Positions 35,112 to 46,060 of a DNA stretch of 64,000 bases are shown one piece after another. The stretch comes from Rhodospirillales bacterium (lineage in GTDB: Bacteria > Pseudomonadota > Alphaproteobacteria > Bin95). The notes below the pieces were generated by a model, which was not told the DNA's origin, searched no databases, and was given only the letters and a program-made list of their open reading frames with translations. Within the stretch, counting starts at the first letter, position 1; every line of letters begins with the position of its first letter. The position numbers were made by a program, and so were the translations under genes. The DNA is taken from the NCBI GenBank assembly GCA_038143065.1, contig JAYQLI010000035.1:32001-96000 (forward strand), in the 5' to 3' direction.

Positions 35112-35242
35112 ATTTCAGGTGCCTTCGATCCTATTTTCAAAAAATACTTTTCAACGGAGTTCTTCAGCTGTTTTCGATCCCGTTGTGGTTTGTTACAACC
35201 ACCAAATAAGCAAAGGATTTAGTTTCAGAAGAGCCTTCTATC

Positions 35243-36232
35243 ATGGATATGAAAAGTTTTGATGTGGTCGCTATTGGAAATGCGATCGTTGATGTCATCG
35301 TGGCGGTTGATGATCCGTTTTTAGCTGACCAAGCAGTGCCCAAGGGTAGTATGACTCATTGATATGGATCAGGCAACATTGATCTATAAAAACTTGACAG
35401 ATAGTAGGCAAATTTCTGGTGGTTCAGCAGCGAATACTGCTGCTGGTATATCTTCCCTTGGCGGTACAGCTTCCTTCATCGGCCGAGTTCGTAATGATGA
35501 ACTTGGGGAACACTTTGCAAATGACATCAAATCTGTTGGCGTCGATTATCAAACACCCCGGCAACTGAGGGCAAGGGAACAGCGAGTTGCTATGTCTTTG
35601 TGGACTCCCGATGCACAAAGAACAATGATGACCTTTTTAGGAGCATCAACAGAAATTGGTCCTGACGATGTAGAAAACATTGGTTTAAAACCAGGAGGAA
35701 TTCTCTATATCGAGGGATATCTTTGGGACGCCGATCTAGCCAAGCAGGCAGTCCTTAAAGCAATCAGTTTTACCAAAATGATCGGCGGGCAGGTAGCCTT
35801 TTCCGCATCTGATAGTTTTTGTGTGGAGAGGCATCGCACCGAGTTTCGCGATCTTTTAAAAAGACACGTAGATATTCTTTTCGCGAATGAGGATGAGATC
35901 ATCTCTTTGTACGAGACTGATAATTTTGAAGATGCCGCTAAGGCTGTAGCATCAGATGTTAGCATTGCAGCATTAACGCGAAGTGAAAAAGGCTCAGTTA
36001 TCGTTAGTGGTTCAGATCAAGTGGTCTGCTCAAGTATTCCTGTAGACGATGTAATTGATACGACTGGTGCTGGGGATCTGTTTGCAGCTGGTTTTCTTTT
36101 GGTCTTGCAAATAAAAGATCTCTGGCTGACTGTGCAGGCCTTGGGGGAATTGCGGCAGCTGAGGTAATTTCACATTATGGTGCACGTCCAGAACAGTCGC
36201 TTACAGAACTCGTCAAACGCCACGGTTTCTAG
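35243..36232 (+). CDS. Adenosine kinase / PfkB-family kinase (several frameshifts)
   Basis: FDVVAIGNAIVD read upstream of the listed ORF; SGGSAANT, YIEGYLWD, LFANEDE, DTTGAGDLFAAGF; C-terminal AAEVISHYGARP...*. Confidence 0.88.
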
Positions 36233-37932
36233 CCGAAAGCCGCTGGGGACCGGTCCACGGGCAACACGTCTACGTCTTTATTCTGGTTTTTTTCTCTTCA
36301 GTTTTGTTTTTACGCATTATTTAAATCATATGCTTGGGTTGCACTCGCTTGAGCTAATGGAGGCAGGTCGGGCACTGTTCAACGTTTTTTGGCGTTTCTT
36401 ACCTGTCGAAATCCTTTTGGCGTTATCTTTGTTATCTCACGCGCTTCTTGCTTTATTGAAGATAGCACAGTCGCGAACTTCGTCACTTTCCTTTTGGGAT
36501 GGAGCTCAGATTATTTTAGGTGTGGCAATACCTTTCCTTATTGCTGATCATATCTTTGGAACTCGAGGCTTATCGCTCAGAGATGGTCTTGATGATACAT
36601 ATACTTGGACCGTGTGGGCCCTTTGGCCAACTTCGGCTTTGATGCAGTCAATTGCCCTTTTTGTTGTATGGGTACACGGCGTTATAGGTCTTCACTTCTG
36701 GTTTCGGTTACGGAGCTGGTACTCAGCCTTTTTGCCTTACATGTTTGTGATTGCTGTGCTTTGGCCTGTAATGGCGCTTCTGGGTTTCGCCTCCGCTGGT
36801 AAAGAATTAAATTTGCTTAAGGATCAAGATGGGGTCATAGACCAAATGTTGGCCGATGTGGGTTTCCTTGGCGGAGATGCAGTAGACTGGGTTTCCTCTA
36901 TGGAACAAAACGTGATGTCCGTTGCTGCATTTTTGGTAGTGACTGTATTTTTTTGGCGGGTCTATTCTTTAAGGGCTTCAAAACAAACTTCTGGACCAGT
37001 TGTTACTTATCCCAGTGGCGAGCACATCCATATAGCTAAAGGCCTGTCTGTCCTTGAGGCCAGTCAGTTGGCCGGCATTCCACATGCCTCAGTTTGCGGG
37101 GGGGCGGGGGAGATGTTCCACTTGCAGAGTGCGCGTTTCTGCTCGAAGCGATCAACTACCATTGCCGGATGAAAGTGAGCTAAAGGTTCTAGACCGCATC
37201 AAAGCACCATCTGGTGTGCGTTTAGCTTGTCAGCTTCGCCCAACAGAAAATATCACAGTAGTTCCTCTGTTGCCTGCTAATGCATCATCCAGGGATGGGC
37301 GTGCTCGAACAGGTCTTGCTGCAGGAGCAGAGCGCGAAATAGTAATTTTATTTGCTGATATTCGCGCTTTTACAAAGCTCTCAGAAGATAAATTGCCCTT
37401 TGATGTAGTATTCCTTCTAAACCAATATTTTCGGGCTATGGGACAAGCAATCGATGATAACGGAGGCCAAGTCGATAAATTTATAGGTGATGGGATTATG
37501 GCTCTGTTTGGAATGAGGACAGACATAAGCACCGGATGCCGAGATGCTCTGGCCGCTGTCGCAGAAATGTCTAAAGTTCTTGATGGCCTGAACGAAGTCT
37601 TGGAAAATGATTTGCCAGAGCCTTTGAGGATTGGAATAGGCGTTCACGTTGGAAGCGTTATTGTAGGTGAGATGGGTTATGAAGCGACCTCGTCTATCAC
37701 AGCCATCGGAGATGCCGTCAATGTAGCCAGCCGACTCGAAACGATGAGTAAAGATTTTGAGGCAGAAGTTGTGATGTCGGCCGAAGTTATAGAAATTGCA
37801 GGTATTATTAGCGATGACCTTCGTCTCGAGAGTATTTCTGTTCGAGGCCGAGAGCAAAGTTTACAAGCAGTGGTATTCAAAAAAGGTTTTGAACTACAGC
37901 CATACTTGGAGGCATTAGACGTAAACAAGTGA
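36177..37932 (+). CDS. Membrane-anchored class III adenylate cyclase with a 2Fe-2S ferredoxin domain (CyaC-like); frameshift at G7 37098-37104; start uncertain
   Basis: His-bearing TM helices; HASVCGGRGRCSTCRV...RLACQ; FADIRAFT, DKFIGDG, TAIGDAVNVASRLE. Confidence 0.88.
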
Positions 37933-39268
37933 ATACCTCGATCACAGCAATTAATTTGAGCAAGCTTTACCTTCGGCCGCGGCTGCTACTGGTCTTAGTT
38001 CTAGGTTTTGCGAGTGGCCTGCCTCTATTACTTACAGGTTCTACTCTAACGATCCGATTACGAGAATCTGGTATTGACCTAGCTGCGATCGGTTTGTTTT
38101 CGTTGGTTGGAATCCCGTACTCTCTAAAGTTCTTATGGGCCCCTTTGATCGATCGATTGCCTTTACCTATTTTATCTCGAATGCTTGGCCGCCGCCGCGC
38201 ATGGATGTTGACTATCCATATTGTTCTGATTTTAGCCATAGCAATTCTTGGTTTGATACGGCCAACCGATACGTCGATTTGGATCATTGCTTTTGTTGCC
38301 CTCTCAGTCGCGTTTTTATCTGCCACACAAGACATAGCGATAGATGCCTATCGAATAGAAATTCTTACAGAAGAAGAATATGGCGCAGGGGCAGCCATGG
38401 CGGTGTATGGATTTCGTGGTGGGATGCTCATGTCCACAGTCGGCACACTTTATTTGGCAGAATATCTAGACTGGCAATTGGCGTATGTTGTTACATCATT
38501 GACTTTATTTGTCGGTGTATTTGCCATTCTACTAGCTCCCCGACCGAAGGATGAGCCAACAGTTGAACTGCCAAGTTCTCTTTTGTCGCTATTTGGTGAG
38601 ACTTACTGGAAGCCGTTGGTGGAGTTTAGCCAACGGGACGGATGGATAATCCTTTTACTTTTCGTTCTTTTTTTAAGTTTGGTGATGCTTTATTAAGTCA
38701 AATGACGGGAGCACTGTTTGTAGACCTTAATTATGACAAGTCTACGATAGCCAATGTAGGTAAGCTTTTCGGTTTTTGGGCGATGATGATAGGCATATTC
38801 ATCGGTGGGCTCTTAGTCGCTATTCTCGGGCTCGGCAAAACGCTTTTAGTTTCTGGCCTACTGCAAGGTTTTTCAAATATAGCTTTCTGGCGCTTAGCAG
38901 TCATTGGAGAACAACAGCTTTCAACAGGGGATGATGCGAATGTTAGCCTTCTCGCCTGGGTTGTAGGTATTGAGGCTTTTACTGGGGGCCTTGGACAAAC
39001 AGCTTTTATTGCATTCCTTATGATACTTTGTGATCGGCGCTATACTGCTGCTCAATTTGCTCTGCTTACGTCGATTATGGCGTTTTCGCCTAAAGTCTTA
39101 GTAGCACCAGCCGGATATTTGGCAGATGGACTTGGTTGGCCAAATTTCACATTGTTTACAGCGGCAGCAGCAATTCCTGGAATGCTATTTCTTCTGTGGC
39201 TCATAGTTTCATATCCCAGTACTTGGCGTACTCGTGAGGGTTTGAAAATCAACGCAACCAATCATTAA
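37929..39268 (+). CDS. ampG: AmpG-family muropeptide MFS permease (frameshift at T7 38668-38674)
   Basis: LGFASGLPLLL, KFLWAPLID, GRRRAW, SATQDIAIDAYRIE, FKFGDA, YTAAQFALLTS. Confidence 0.9.
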
Positions 39269-39274
39269 AAGTTG

Positions 39275-39298
39275 ATTCAGTGCTAATTTACACTGAAT
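39275..39298. terminator. Hairpin between convergent ampG and SBP-fold genes
   Basis: ATTCAGTG-N8-CACTGAAT. Confidence 0.4.
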
Positions 39299-39344
39299 AA
39301 GAAAAATAGTTGTCAGATAAATTCCAAGATCCAGTCGACATTGG

Positions 39345-40226
39345 TTACAAATTGGCAACTATATTTTCGTAAGCAGTATCGGTTTCAATAAACCCACCTG
39401 AAATCAGTGAAGATTTGAGTCGCACAAAGCCATCCGCTGTTATGTCTGTATCTAATGGCCACAGGTTGAGATGTTGATACCGTCCAATAGCAGCTGTCAG
39501 CAATGATTCATCAAAATTATCGAACCAGGGTTTGATTTTTGTAGCGGCCTCAGCTGGGTCAATGGAATTTATCCGTAAGAGAGACTTTTGCAGACCATCC
39601 ATTAATGCAAGGGCAGCGGTTTGACGGTTTGTTAAAAAATCTCGGGGTCCATAGAAACTTGTGAAAGCTAAAGGGCCGCGGCGAGCTCCGGCATATAGTA
39701 CAAAACCACTTTTCTCTAGCTCTGCTTTGGAGCCCCATGGTTCAAATGCAAGAACATAATCAAAACGAGAATTAAGTCCTTCGAGTGCCTCTTGTGGGTC
39801 AACAGGGTCTGTCAGCTCTATGGCCGAAGGATCAAAACCCAGGCGACGGAGATCTTCTTGCAACAGTAGCCAGGGCGTTGGTGCTGTAGTCGCAACGGCC
39901 AGTCGTTTAGTCAGGAGGTTAGCTGGTGTGAATTCAGTGTTTGCTTTTGCGCCGATTATGAGAAATGGGTCCTTTTGTACTGCTAGACCAAAGCATACGA
40001 GTTGACTTGAGGGGTCTTTGTCATGTTCTCGCATTACTCTCATAGGACCACCCCATGAGACCTCAACGCGGCCAGCAATGGCACCCGCAACAGTTTCTTC
40101 TCCAGCGGGAGATAATTTTGCGGTTAGCTCTACACCAGCTTCCTTAAAGAGGCCCTCGGCTAGTCCTATGTAAAAAGGGGAATAAACCAGGCCACGTAGG
40201 TTCTCATAGGCAGTCACGTACTCCAA
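39345..40226 (-). CDS. NMT1/THI5-like periplasmic-binding-protein-fold protein without a signal peptide
   Basis: ENLRGLVYSPFYIG...GLFKEAGVEL, WGGPMRV, DPFLIIG; TTG start with GAGGAG SD. Confidence 0.75.
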   Translation of the reverse strand: MEYVTAYENLRGLVYSPFYIGLAEGLFKEAGVELTAKLSPAGEETVAGAIAGRVEVSWGGPMRVMREHDKDPSSQLVCFGLAVQKDPFLIIGAKANTEFTPANLLTKRLAVATTAPTPWLLLQEDLRRLGFDPSAIELTDPVDPQEALEGLNSRFDYVLAFEPWGSKAELEKSGFVLYAGARRGPLAFTSFYGPRDFLTNRQTAALALMDGLQKSLLRINSIDPAEAATKIKPWFDNFDESLLTAAIGRYQHLNLWPLDTDITADGFVRLKSSLISGGFIETDTAYENIVANL

Positions 40227-40281
40227 ATTATTCTCCTCGATGATCTTTTAAAAAGTACCGCACGCTTGTTCAGTACCTCTG

Positions 40282-41058
40282 TTATTCCCCTCGGAAGTTG
40301 GGCTTTCTTTTTTCCAGAAATGCGCGCTGTCCCTCAGCATAGTCAGCGGAGTCTGCTGCTGTATCGCGGAGACGTTCATATTCATCTTCGACACTTTCCA
40401 TGTTGCCTGAAGCTATTGCATTGATGGCTAACTTGGCGCCTCTAACTGACAGTGGTGCTCTTTCTGCTATGTGACTGGCGTAATCGATTGCACTTTGCAA
40501 AGGATCTTCAACTACTTCATCCAGCAGCCCCAATTGAACTGACCCCTCTGCATCAAAGTAGTCACCAGAAAATAGGATGCGCTTTGCATTTTTAGCTCCT
40601 ACTACTTCTGATAATACCTGTGTCTCTTTCAACGAATAAACAACAGAAAGTCGTGCCGCTGGAATTCCCATTCGAGTTTTGTCATCGCCAATTCTAAAAT
40701 CACAGGCAACTGCGAGACCACATCCACCACCGATGGCTGATCCGCGTATGGCGGCAATTACAGGCATAGGGGCATGGTGAATCGCCGTTTCCGCATTATC
40801 CACATGCTGGGAGTAAATTGCTGCGGCTTTTGAATCATTTCTTGCTTTAGCAAATTCGCTGATATCTGCTCCTGCACAAAAATGTTCCCCCTCGCCAGTT
40901 AATATTATTGCCCGGACTTTTGGATTTTTTGGGAGTCCCGTGAATACTTCGCCCAATGCCTCCCACATCCCTTGTGTACAGGCATTTCTTCGCTCTGGAT
41001 GATGGATGGTTACTATGGCTACGCCATCTTCACGGATATTAGTTTTGATCTCAGGCAT
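40282..41058 (-). CDS. Enoyl-CoA hydratase/isomerase (crotonase) family protein
   Basis: FCAGADISEF, AIGGGCGLAVACDFR, GIPAARL, EGQRAFLEKRKPNFRG. Confidence 0.9.
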   Translation of the reverse strand: MPEIKTNIREDGVAIVTIHHPERRNACTQGMWEALGEVFTGLPKNPKVRAIILTGEGEHFCAGADISEFAKARNDSKAAAIYSQHVDNAETAIHHAPMPVIAAIRGSAIGGGCGLAVACDFRIGDDKTRMGIPAARLSVVYSLKETQVLSEVVGAKNAKRILFSGDYFDAEGSVQLGLLDEVVEDPLQSAIDYASHIAERAPLSVRGAKLAINAIASGNMESVEDEYERLRDTAADSADYAEGQRAFLEKRKPNFRGE

Positions 41059-41136
41059 TAGGTTTTCCGGTTCATAAGTTTGTTACATTCGAATAATCTA
41101 AGACTCTAGCATAGCGACTTTATTAAGGAGGCTCTA

Positions 41137-42303
41137 TTGATGGTTCGTGCCCTCGACAAACTTGTTGTGATTGACTTTACAAATCACCTTTCTGGTCCTT
41201 ACTGCGCCATGATTCTGGCCGATCAAGGAGCAGATGTTATCAAGGTGGAGCGGCCTGGAAAGGGCGATGACCTCAGGCAAAGTCCACCGCATGTTAATGG
41301 AGAGGGTGCTCCGTTCATGCTCTGGAATCGTAATAAGCGATCTATCGAGCTGGATCTAAAAAATCCAGATGATCTTAAAATAGCAAAGGAGCTTGTTAAA
41401 ACTGCAGATGTACTGATCGAGAATTTTCGTCCAGGTGTAGCAGAACGGATAGGCATTGGATACGAGATGATGGCAGAGCTTAATCCGTCACTGATATATT
41501 GTTCCATTTCTGGATTTGGCCAAACTGGACCATACAGCTCCAGAGGAGGGTTTGATCTCGTAGCACAAGCGATGTCTGGCCTAATGACCATTAACGGTCC
41601 TCCAGAAGGCGGGCCGTACCGAATACCCATTGCAATTTCTGACGTGGCTGCAGGAATGAACGGGGCTATCGGCATTTTGACTGCTCTGCAGCATCGAAAT
41701 AAGACAGGTGAGGGGCAGCAAGTAGACGTGAGTTTATTGGACTCAGCTCTGTCAATGTGCGTCTATGAGGCGGCTAACGTCTTTGCTACTGGCCAGAAGC
41801 CAGAGAGATTAGGGCAAGGCCACAGGGGGTCTGCGCCTTATCAAATTTTTCCAACCAAGGATGGCTGGCTAGCCTTGGGCGCATCCCAACAAAAATTTTG
41901 GGAGCAGACCTGCGAAATCATAGGAGCGGATAATCTTATTTCTGACCCCCGGTTCCTCGAAAAGAAGGATCGTGTTGCTCGTCAGCAAGAGTTGGCAACC
42001 ATTCTCGCGCCATACTTTCAGAGGGAAAACACAAAGCACTGGTTTGAAAAATTAGATGCCCTTGGTATCCCTTGTGGTCCTGTAATGGATCACCTTGAGA
42101 CCTTATCAGACCCGCATATTATAGCTCGGGAAATGATTGCTAAAGTTCATCACCCTAAGGCCGGCTCTGGTCGCACTTTAGGCACTCCAATTAAATTATC
42201 AAAAACACCAGGGGGCGTTTGCCGAGCGGCACCAACGCTTGGAGAGCACAATGACGAGGTTCGGGCTCAAGTAAAATCTAATGCTAAAGGTAACGCTGAA
42301 TGA
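41137..42303 (+). CDS. CaiB/BaiF family III CoA-transferase
   Basis: GADVIKVERP, NRNKRSI, ENFRPG, SISGFGQTGPY, catalytic Asp in AISDVAAG, APTLGEH. Confidence 0.92.
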   Translation: MMVRALDKLVVIDFTNHLSGPYCAMILADQGADVIKVERPGKGDDLRQSPPHVNGEGAPFMLWNRNKRSIELDLKNPDDLKIAKELVKTADVLIENFRPGVAERIGIGYEMMAELNPSLIYCSISGFGQTGPYSSRGGFDLVAQAMSGLMTINGPPEGGPYRIPIAISDVAAGMNGAIGILTALQHRNKTGEGQQVDVSLLDSALSMCVYEAANVFATGQKPERLGQGHRGSAPYQIFPTKDGWLALGASQQKFWEQTCEIIGADNLISDPRFLEKKDRVARQQELATILAPYFQRENTKHWFEKLDALGIPCGPVMDHLETLSDPHIIAREMIAKVHHPKAGSGRTLGTPIKLSKTPGGVCRAAPTLGEHNDEVRAQVKSNAKGNAE

Positions 42304-43412
42304 ATTTCATGAATAGCATTTTTGAACTTGAAACACCCTGCTTAATTCTTGATTTAGACAGGCTAGAGAGAAATATTGCTCGCTTCGCAGCCATTGCTAC
42401 TCAACATGGAGTGATCCTGCGTCCTCACCTTAAAACATTAAAATCAATAGAGGCTGCTCTTCTCAGCGTTGGGAAGGATGGGCCAATTACGGTCTCTACT
42501 CTAGCGGAGGCCGAATATTTTTCTGCAGCTGGTTTTCGTGACATTGTGTATGCCGTTGGTATTGCACCTGGAAAACTATCCAGAGCGAAGCGGCTTGTCT
42601 CCTCAGGCGTGGATTTAAAATTGTTGACAGACTCGACGGCCGTCGCCCGTGCGGCATCTGGTCTTGGAATGAAATTTTTGCTCGAGGTTGATTGTGGAGA
42701 TGAAAGGGGAGGTTTGCCAATGGATAGTCCTCACCTTTTAGCTGTTGCAAAGGAAATTTCTGAGGGCGGTAATATCGTTGAGGGGGTCCTGACTCATGCA
42801 GGTCACAGTTACAGCACAAATGATTTGAATGAGGTGAAGAAAATAGCAGAGGAAGAGAGAAGGTCTGCAGTAGGTGCCGCTGCTCTTTTGCGATCTGCTG
42901 GATACCCTGCGCCCATTGTCAGTATAGGTTCAACGCCCACGGTCGCTTTTGGCGAGAACTTTGATGGAGTTACTGAGCTTAGGGCTGGTGTATTTATGCC
43001 ATTTGATCTCGATCAAATGTCTCGAGGTGTGTGTGAATCCGATGACTTGGCGTTATCAGTATTAACTACTGTCATTGGCCATAACAGAGAAGCCGGACGC
43101 ATCTTAGTTGATGCTGGAGGTCTTGCTCTTTCAAAAGATGTAAGCGCCAGTGGATTTCTAGTCGGGGCAGGTTACGGCCACGTGGTTGATGCTAAGAGTG
43201 CTATTTCTCTTGGGCTTGTGATCGATGGAGTTAGTCAAGAACACGGTAAAATTAATCTTACGGATCCAACTTGGTTTGAGCGTTTACCAGTTGGTTCACA
43301 GGTTCGTGTATTTCCTAATCACGCCTGTTTTACTGCTGCAGCTTATCCCGGTTATCATCTTATAAAGAATGGTGATCTGGCTGGGCAGTGGAATCGCGTG
43401 AATGGGTGGTAG
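42300..43412 (+). CDS. DSD1-family PLP enzyme (D-serine dehydratase / D-threonine aldolase-like)
   Basis: LETPCLILD, RPHLKT (PLP Lys), THAGHSY, GSTPT, DAGGLALSKD, SQEHG, PNHAC. Confidence 0.88.
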   Translation: MNFMNSIFELETPCLILDLDRLERNIARFAAIATQHGVILRPHLKTLKSIEAALLSVGKDGPITVSTLAEAEYFSAAGFRDIVYAVGIAPGKLSRAKRLVSSGVDLKLLTDSTAVARAASGLGMKFLLEVDCGDERGGLPMDSPHLLAVAKEISEGGNIVEGVLTHAGHSYSTNDLNEVKKIAEEERRSAVGAAALLRSAGYPAPIVSIGSTPTVAFGENFDGVTELRAGVFMPFDLDQMSRGVCESDDLALSVLTTVIGHNREAGRILVDAGGLALSKDVSASGFLVGAGYGHVVDAKSAISLGLVIDGVSQEHGKINLTDPTWFERLPVGSQVRVFPNHACFTAAAYPGYHLIKNGDLAGQWNRVNGW

Positions 43413-43460
43413 TGCATTGCTCTTCTGAAATTGGATGGAACACAAAAATCTATCCTATTT

Positions 43461-43871
43461 TTATAAAAGATCACGCAGCATTGCGATAAGAGGTTTGTCT
43501 GCTGGCGGCATTGGATAGTTTTTCATTTCATTTGGTCTAACCCAAGCTAGGCGCTGACCTTCTCTACCTTCCGGAATTCCCTTCCAAACTCGGCATACAT
43601 ATAGTGGCATTAGAAGATGAAATTTGTCGTATGTATGGCTTGCAAAAGTGAAGGGAGCTAGGCACGAGGCTTCTATATCTACTCCTAGTTCTTCCTGAAG
43701 TTCACGGATGAGTGCAGTTTCTGGGGACTCACCCGCATCTACCTTGCCTCCTGGAAACTCCCATAATCCTTCCATGTTCTTACCTTTGGGACGCTCTGCC
43801 AATAACACCCGGCCGTCCCTATCAATTAGCGCAACTGCTACAACAAGAAGTATTGGGAAGCCCTGTGTCAT
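43461..43871 (-). CDS. mutT: 8-oxo-dGTP diphosphatase (Nudix)
   Basis: WEFPGGKVDAGESPETALIRELQEELG Nudix box; follows argJ. Confidence 0.9.
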   Translation of the reverse strand: MTQGFPILLVVAVALIDRDGRVLLAERPKGKNMEGLWEFPGGKVDAGESPETALIRELQEELGVDIEASCLAPFTFASHTYDKFHLLMPLYVCRVWKGIPEGREGQRLAWVRPNEMKNYPMPPADKPLIAMLRDLL

Positions 43872-45103
43872 TAGCTCCGATAATCCGCATTTATCTCGAT
43901 GTAGCCATGGGTGAGATCACAGGTCCAAACAGTTGAAGACCCTCGACCAAGGCCGATATCAACCTTAATGTCGATTTCTCGGCCTTGCATATGTTTTGCA
44001 ACAGGTGCTTCGTCATAGTCTTTTACAACCATGCCTTTAGCAGTGATTTCCACGCCGCCAATCCAGATACGCAAGCGATCCCTTTCTGCTCTTGCACCAG
44101 ATTTACCTACAGCCATTACTATTCGACCCCAGTTGGCATCTTCTCCGGCAATTGCGGTCTTTACTAAGGGAGAATTAGCAATGGCGAGGCCGATTGTTTT
44201 TGCAGCTCCTGAGGAGGTTGCGCCAGTTACCTGCACGGTAATGAATTTGGTGGCGCCTTCTCCATCCCTTACGACTTGCTGAGCAAGATCATGACAAATT
44301 TCTAAGAGAGCGTTTTTGAAGTCTCTGAGAACAGGATCATTAGCTGATTTTGGTAAAACATTTCCAGCTTTGCTAGTCGCAGCAAGAAGAACGGTATCTG
44401 AAGTTGAAGTGTCGCTATCAACAGTTATGCAGTTGAAACTTTTATCAACTGCCCGGGAAAGAAGTGACTGCAAAATCGACTGGGGGATAGCTGCATCAGT
44501 GGCAATGTAACCCAGCATTGTTGCCATATCAGGGGCAATCATTCCTGAACCTTTGACAATCCCGTTAATAATGACTGATTTGCCGCCGATGGTCGTGGTT
44601 GCTGTTGCCACCTTTACAAAGGTGTCGGTAGTCATGATTGCTGCGGCGGCCTTATCCCAACCTGTGGGTTTCAATTTTTTTACAAGTTTAGTTACACAGC
44701 TTGGAATTGCCCCTGGTCTGATCGGTTCTCCAATCACACCAGTGGATGATACATAAACATCTTTTTGGCGGCATCCAATTGCTGCAGTCGCAGCTTTCAC
44801 TGTCTCCTTCACGACTAAATCGCCTGCTCGGCCAGTAAAAGCATTTGCGTTGCCAGCATTTACAATTAGTGCACGTGCGTGTCCTCCGCCCTTTAATGCG
44901 CTCACACAATGTTCCACGGGAGCTGACCGAGTCTTTGATTTGGTCACAACGCCAGCCATGACCGTTCCCTTATCGAATACCATCAACATAACGTCATCAC
45001 GACCTTTGTAGCGAATGCCGCTATTCATAGTTGCAATGCTTACTCCGTTGACTGGAGCGAGCTTTGGGGCGTTTTCTGGAGCTAGAGGAGATTGTTTAAG
45101 CAT
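43871..45103 (-). CDS. argJ: Bifunctional ornithine acetyltransferase / N-acetylglutamate synthase
   Basis: GNANAFTG, SSTGVIG, IMTTDT, KGSGMIAPDMATML, DTSTSD, DGEGATK, INADYRS. Confidence 0.95.
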   Translation of the reverse strand: MLKQSPLAPENAPKLAPVNGVSIATMNSGIRYKGRDDVMLMVFDKGTVMAGVVTKSKTRSAPVEHCVSALKGGGHARALIVNAGNANAFTGRAGDLVVKETVKAATAAIGCRQKDVYVSSTGVIGEPIRPGAIPSCVTKLVKKLKPTGWDKAAAAIMTTDTFVKVATATTTIGGKSVIINGIVKGSGMIAPDMATMLGYIATDAAIPQSILQSLLSRAVDKSFNCITVDSDTSTSDTVLLAATSKAGNVLPKSANDPVLRDFKNALLEICHDLAQQVVRDGEGATKFITVQVTGATSSGAAKTIGLAIANSPLVKTAIAGEDANWGRIVMAVGKSGARAERDRLRIWIGGVEITAKGMVVKDYDEAPVAKHMQGREIDIKVDIGLGRGSSTVWTCDLTHGYIEINADYRS

Positions 45104-45117
45104 TATGTTTCTCTAAT

Positions 45118-45990
45118 TTAGCGTGGCTTTTTTTGTGTTGGTTTGACTTCAGAACCATCGGGAGAGAACAGCTGTATTTTAGCTTCCGAATGCAGACGTT
45201 CTAGTTCTTTAATCATTGCTTTTGTTCGCGCTTCCTGCGACAGCTTTTGTTTTGCTTGCTCGAAAGGTGGTGGGGGCTCAGAGCGTATATCTTCGACTTT
45301 GATAACATGGAAGCCAAAACGTGTTTTCACTGGGGTCTTTGTATGAGTTCCAACTTCGAGAGCAAATGCAGCTTCTTGAAACGGCTGTACCATTTGCCCA
45401 GGTCCAAAATAACCTAAGTCTCCGCCACGTGGCCCTGATGGACCTACCGAAAAGGCTTTTGCTAACTCTTCGAAAGCCGCGCCTTCCTCAAGTTTTTGAA
45501 TTATATCTTCTGCTTCTTTCTCTGTTTTCACCAGAATATGGCGAGCAGATACTGACTTAACGCCAACTTTTTTCAAAGCTTCATAGCGTCTAAGTAATTC
45601 AGTTTCACTGCTTGCCTCTGAAGCAATTTTTGTAAGGTAAGCACTTGCAAGAACAGTAGATCGTGCTTGGTCCAGTTCAGCTTTTACTCTGGGATCATCG
45701 GCAACACCCGCTCTCACTGCGGCCTGAGCTGCCAATTCCTGATCAATGATGCGTTCCAAGACGGAAAAATAAAAAGACTTTGGGTCAAGTTGGCCCAAAT
45801 CATTAGCGTATGCATCTAGTGCCTGATCAACGCGAGACATGTTAATCTCGAAGCCATTAATCTTCGCAGCTATATTGTTTGGGTTATCTGAAATACCTAG
45901 GCTCTTTGTCTGTGCTGAAGCGCTATGTTGAAAAATCAATCCAGCAAAAGCGCCAGCTAAAAGAATTAAACGCATTATAGAAATCTCCAA
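45118..45990 (-). CDS. Exported parvulin-type peptidyl-prolyl isomerase
   Basis: Signal peptide; ARHILV, FEELAK, GGDLGYF, MVQPF, TRFGFHVIKV. Confidence 0.9.
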   Translation of the reverse strand: MEISIMRLILLAGAFAGLIFQHSASAQTKSLGISDNPNNIAAKINGFEINMSRVDQALDAYANDLGQLDPKSFYFSVLERIIDQELAAQAAVRAGVADDPRVKAELDQARSTVLASAYLTKIASEASSETELLRRYEALKKVGVKSVSARHILVKTEKEAEDIIQKLEEGAAFEELAKAFSVGPSGPRGGDLGYFGPGQMVQPFQEAAFALEVGTHTKTPVKTRFGFHVIKVEDIRSEPPPPFEQAKQKLSQEARTKAMIKELERLHSEAKIQLFSPDGSEVKPTQKKPR

Positions 45991-46025
45991 AGAAATACCT
46001 TGTTACTATTCTTAAACTTCATTTC

Positions 46026-46060
46026 GTTGACAGGGCACGAACCGGAGCTTATCTGTCAAC
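46026..46060. promoter_or_regulatory. Putative secA promoter embedded in an 8-bp inverted repeat
   Basis: GTTGACAG-N19-CTGTCAAC; on the plus strand TTGACA-N17-TATCTG. Confidence 0.45.
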
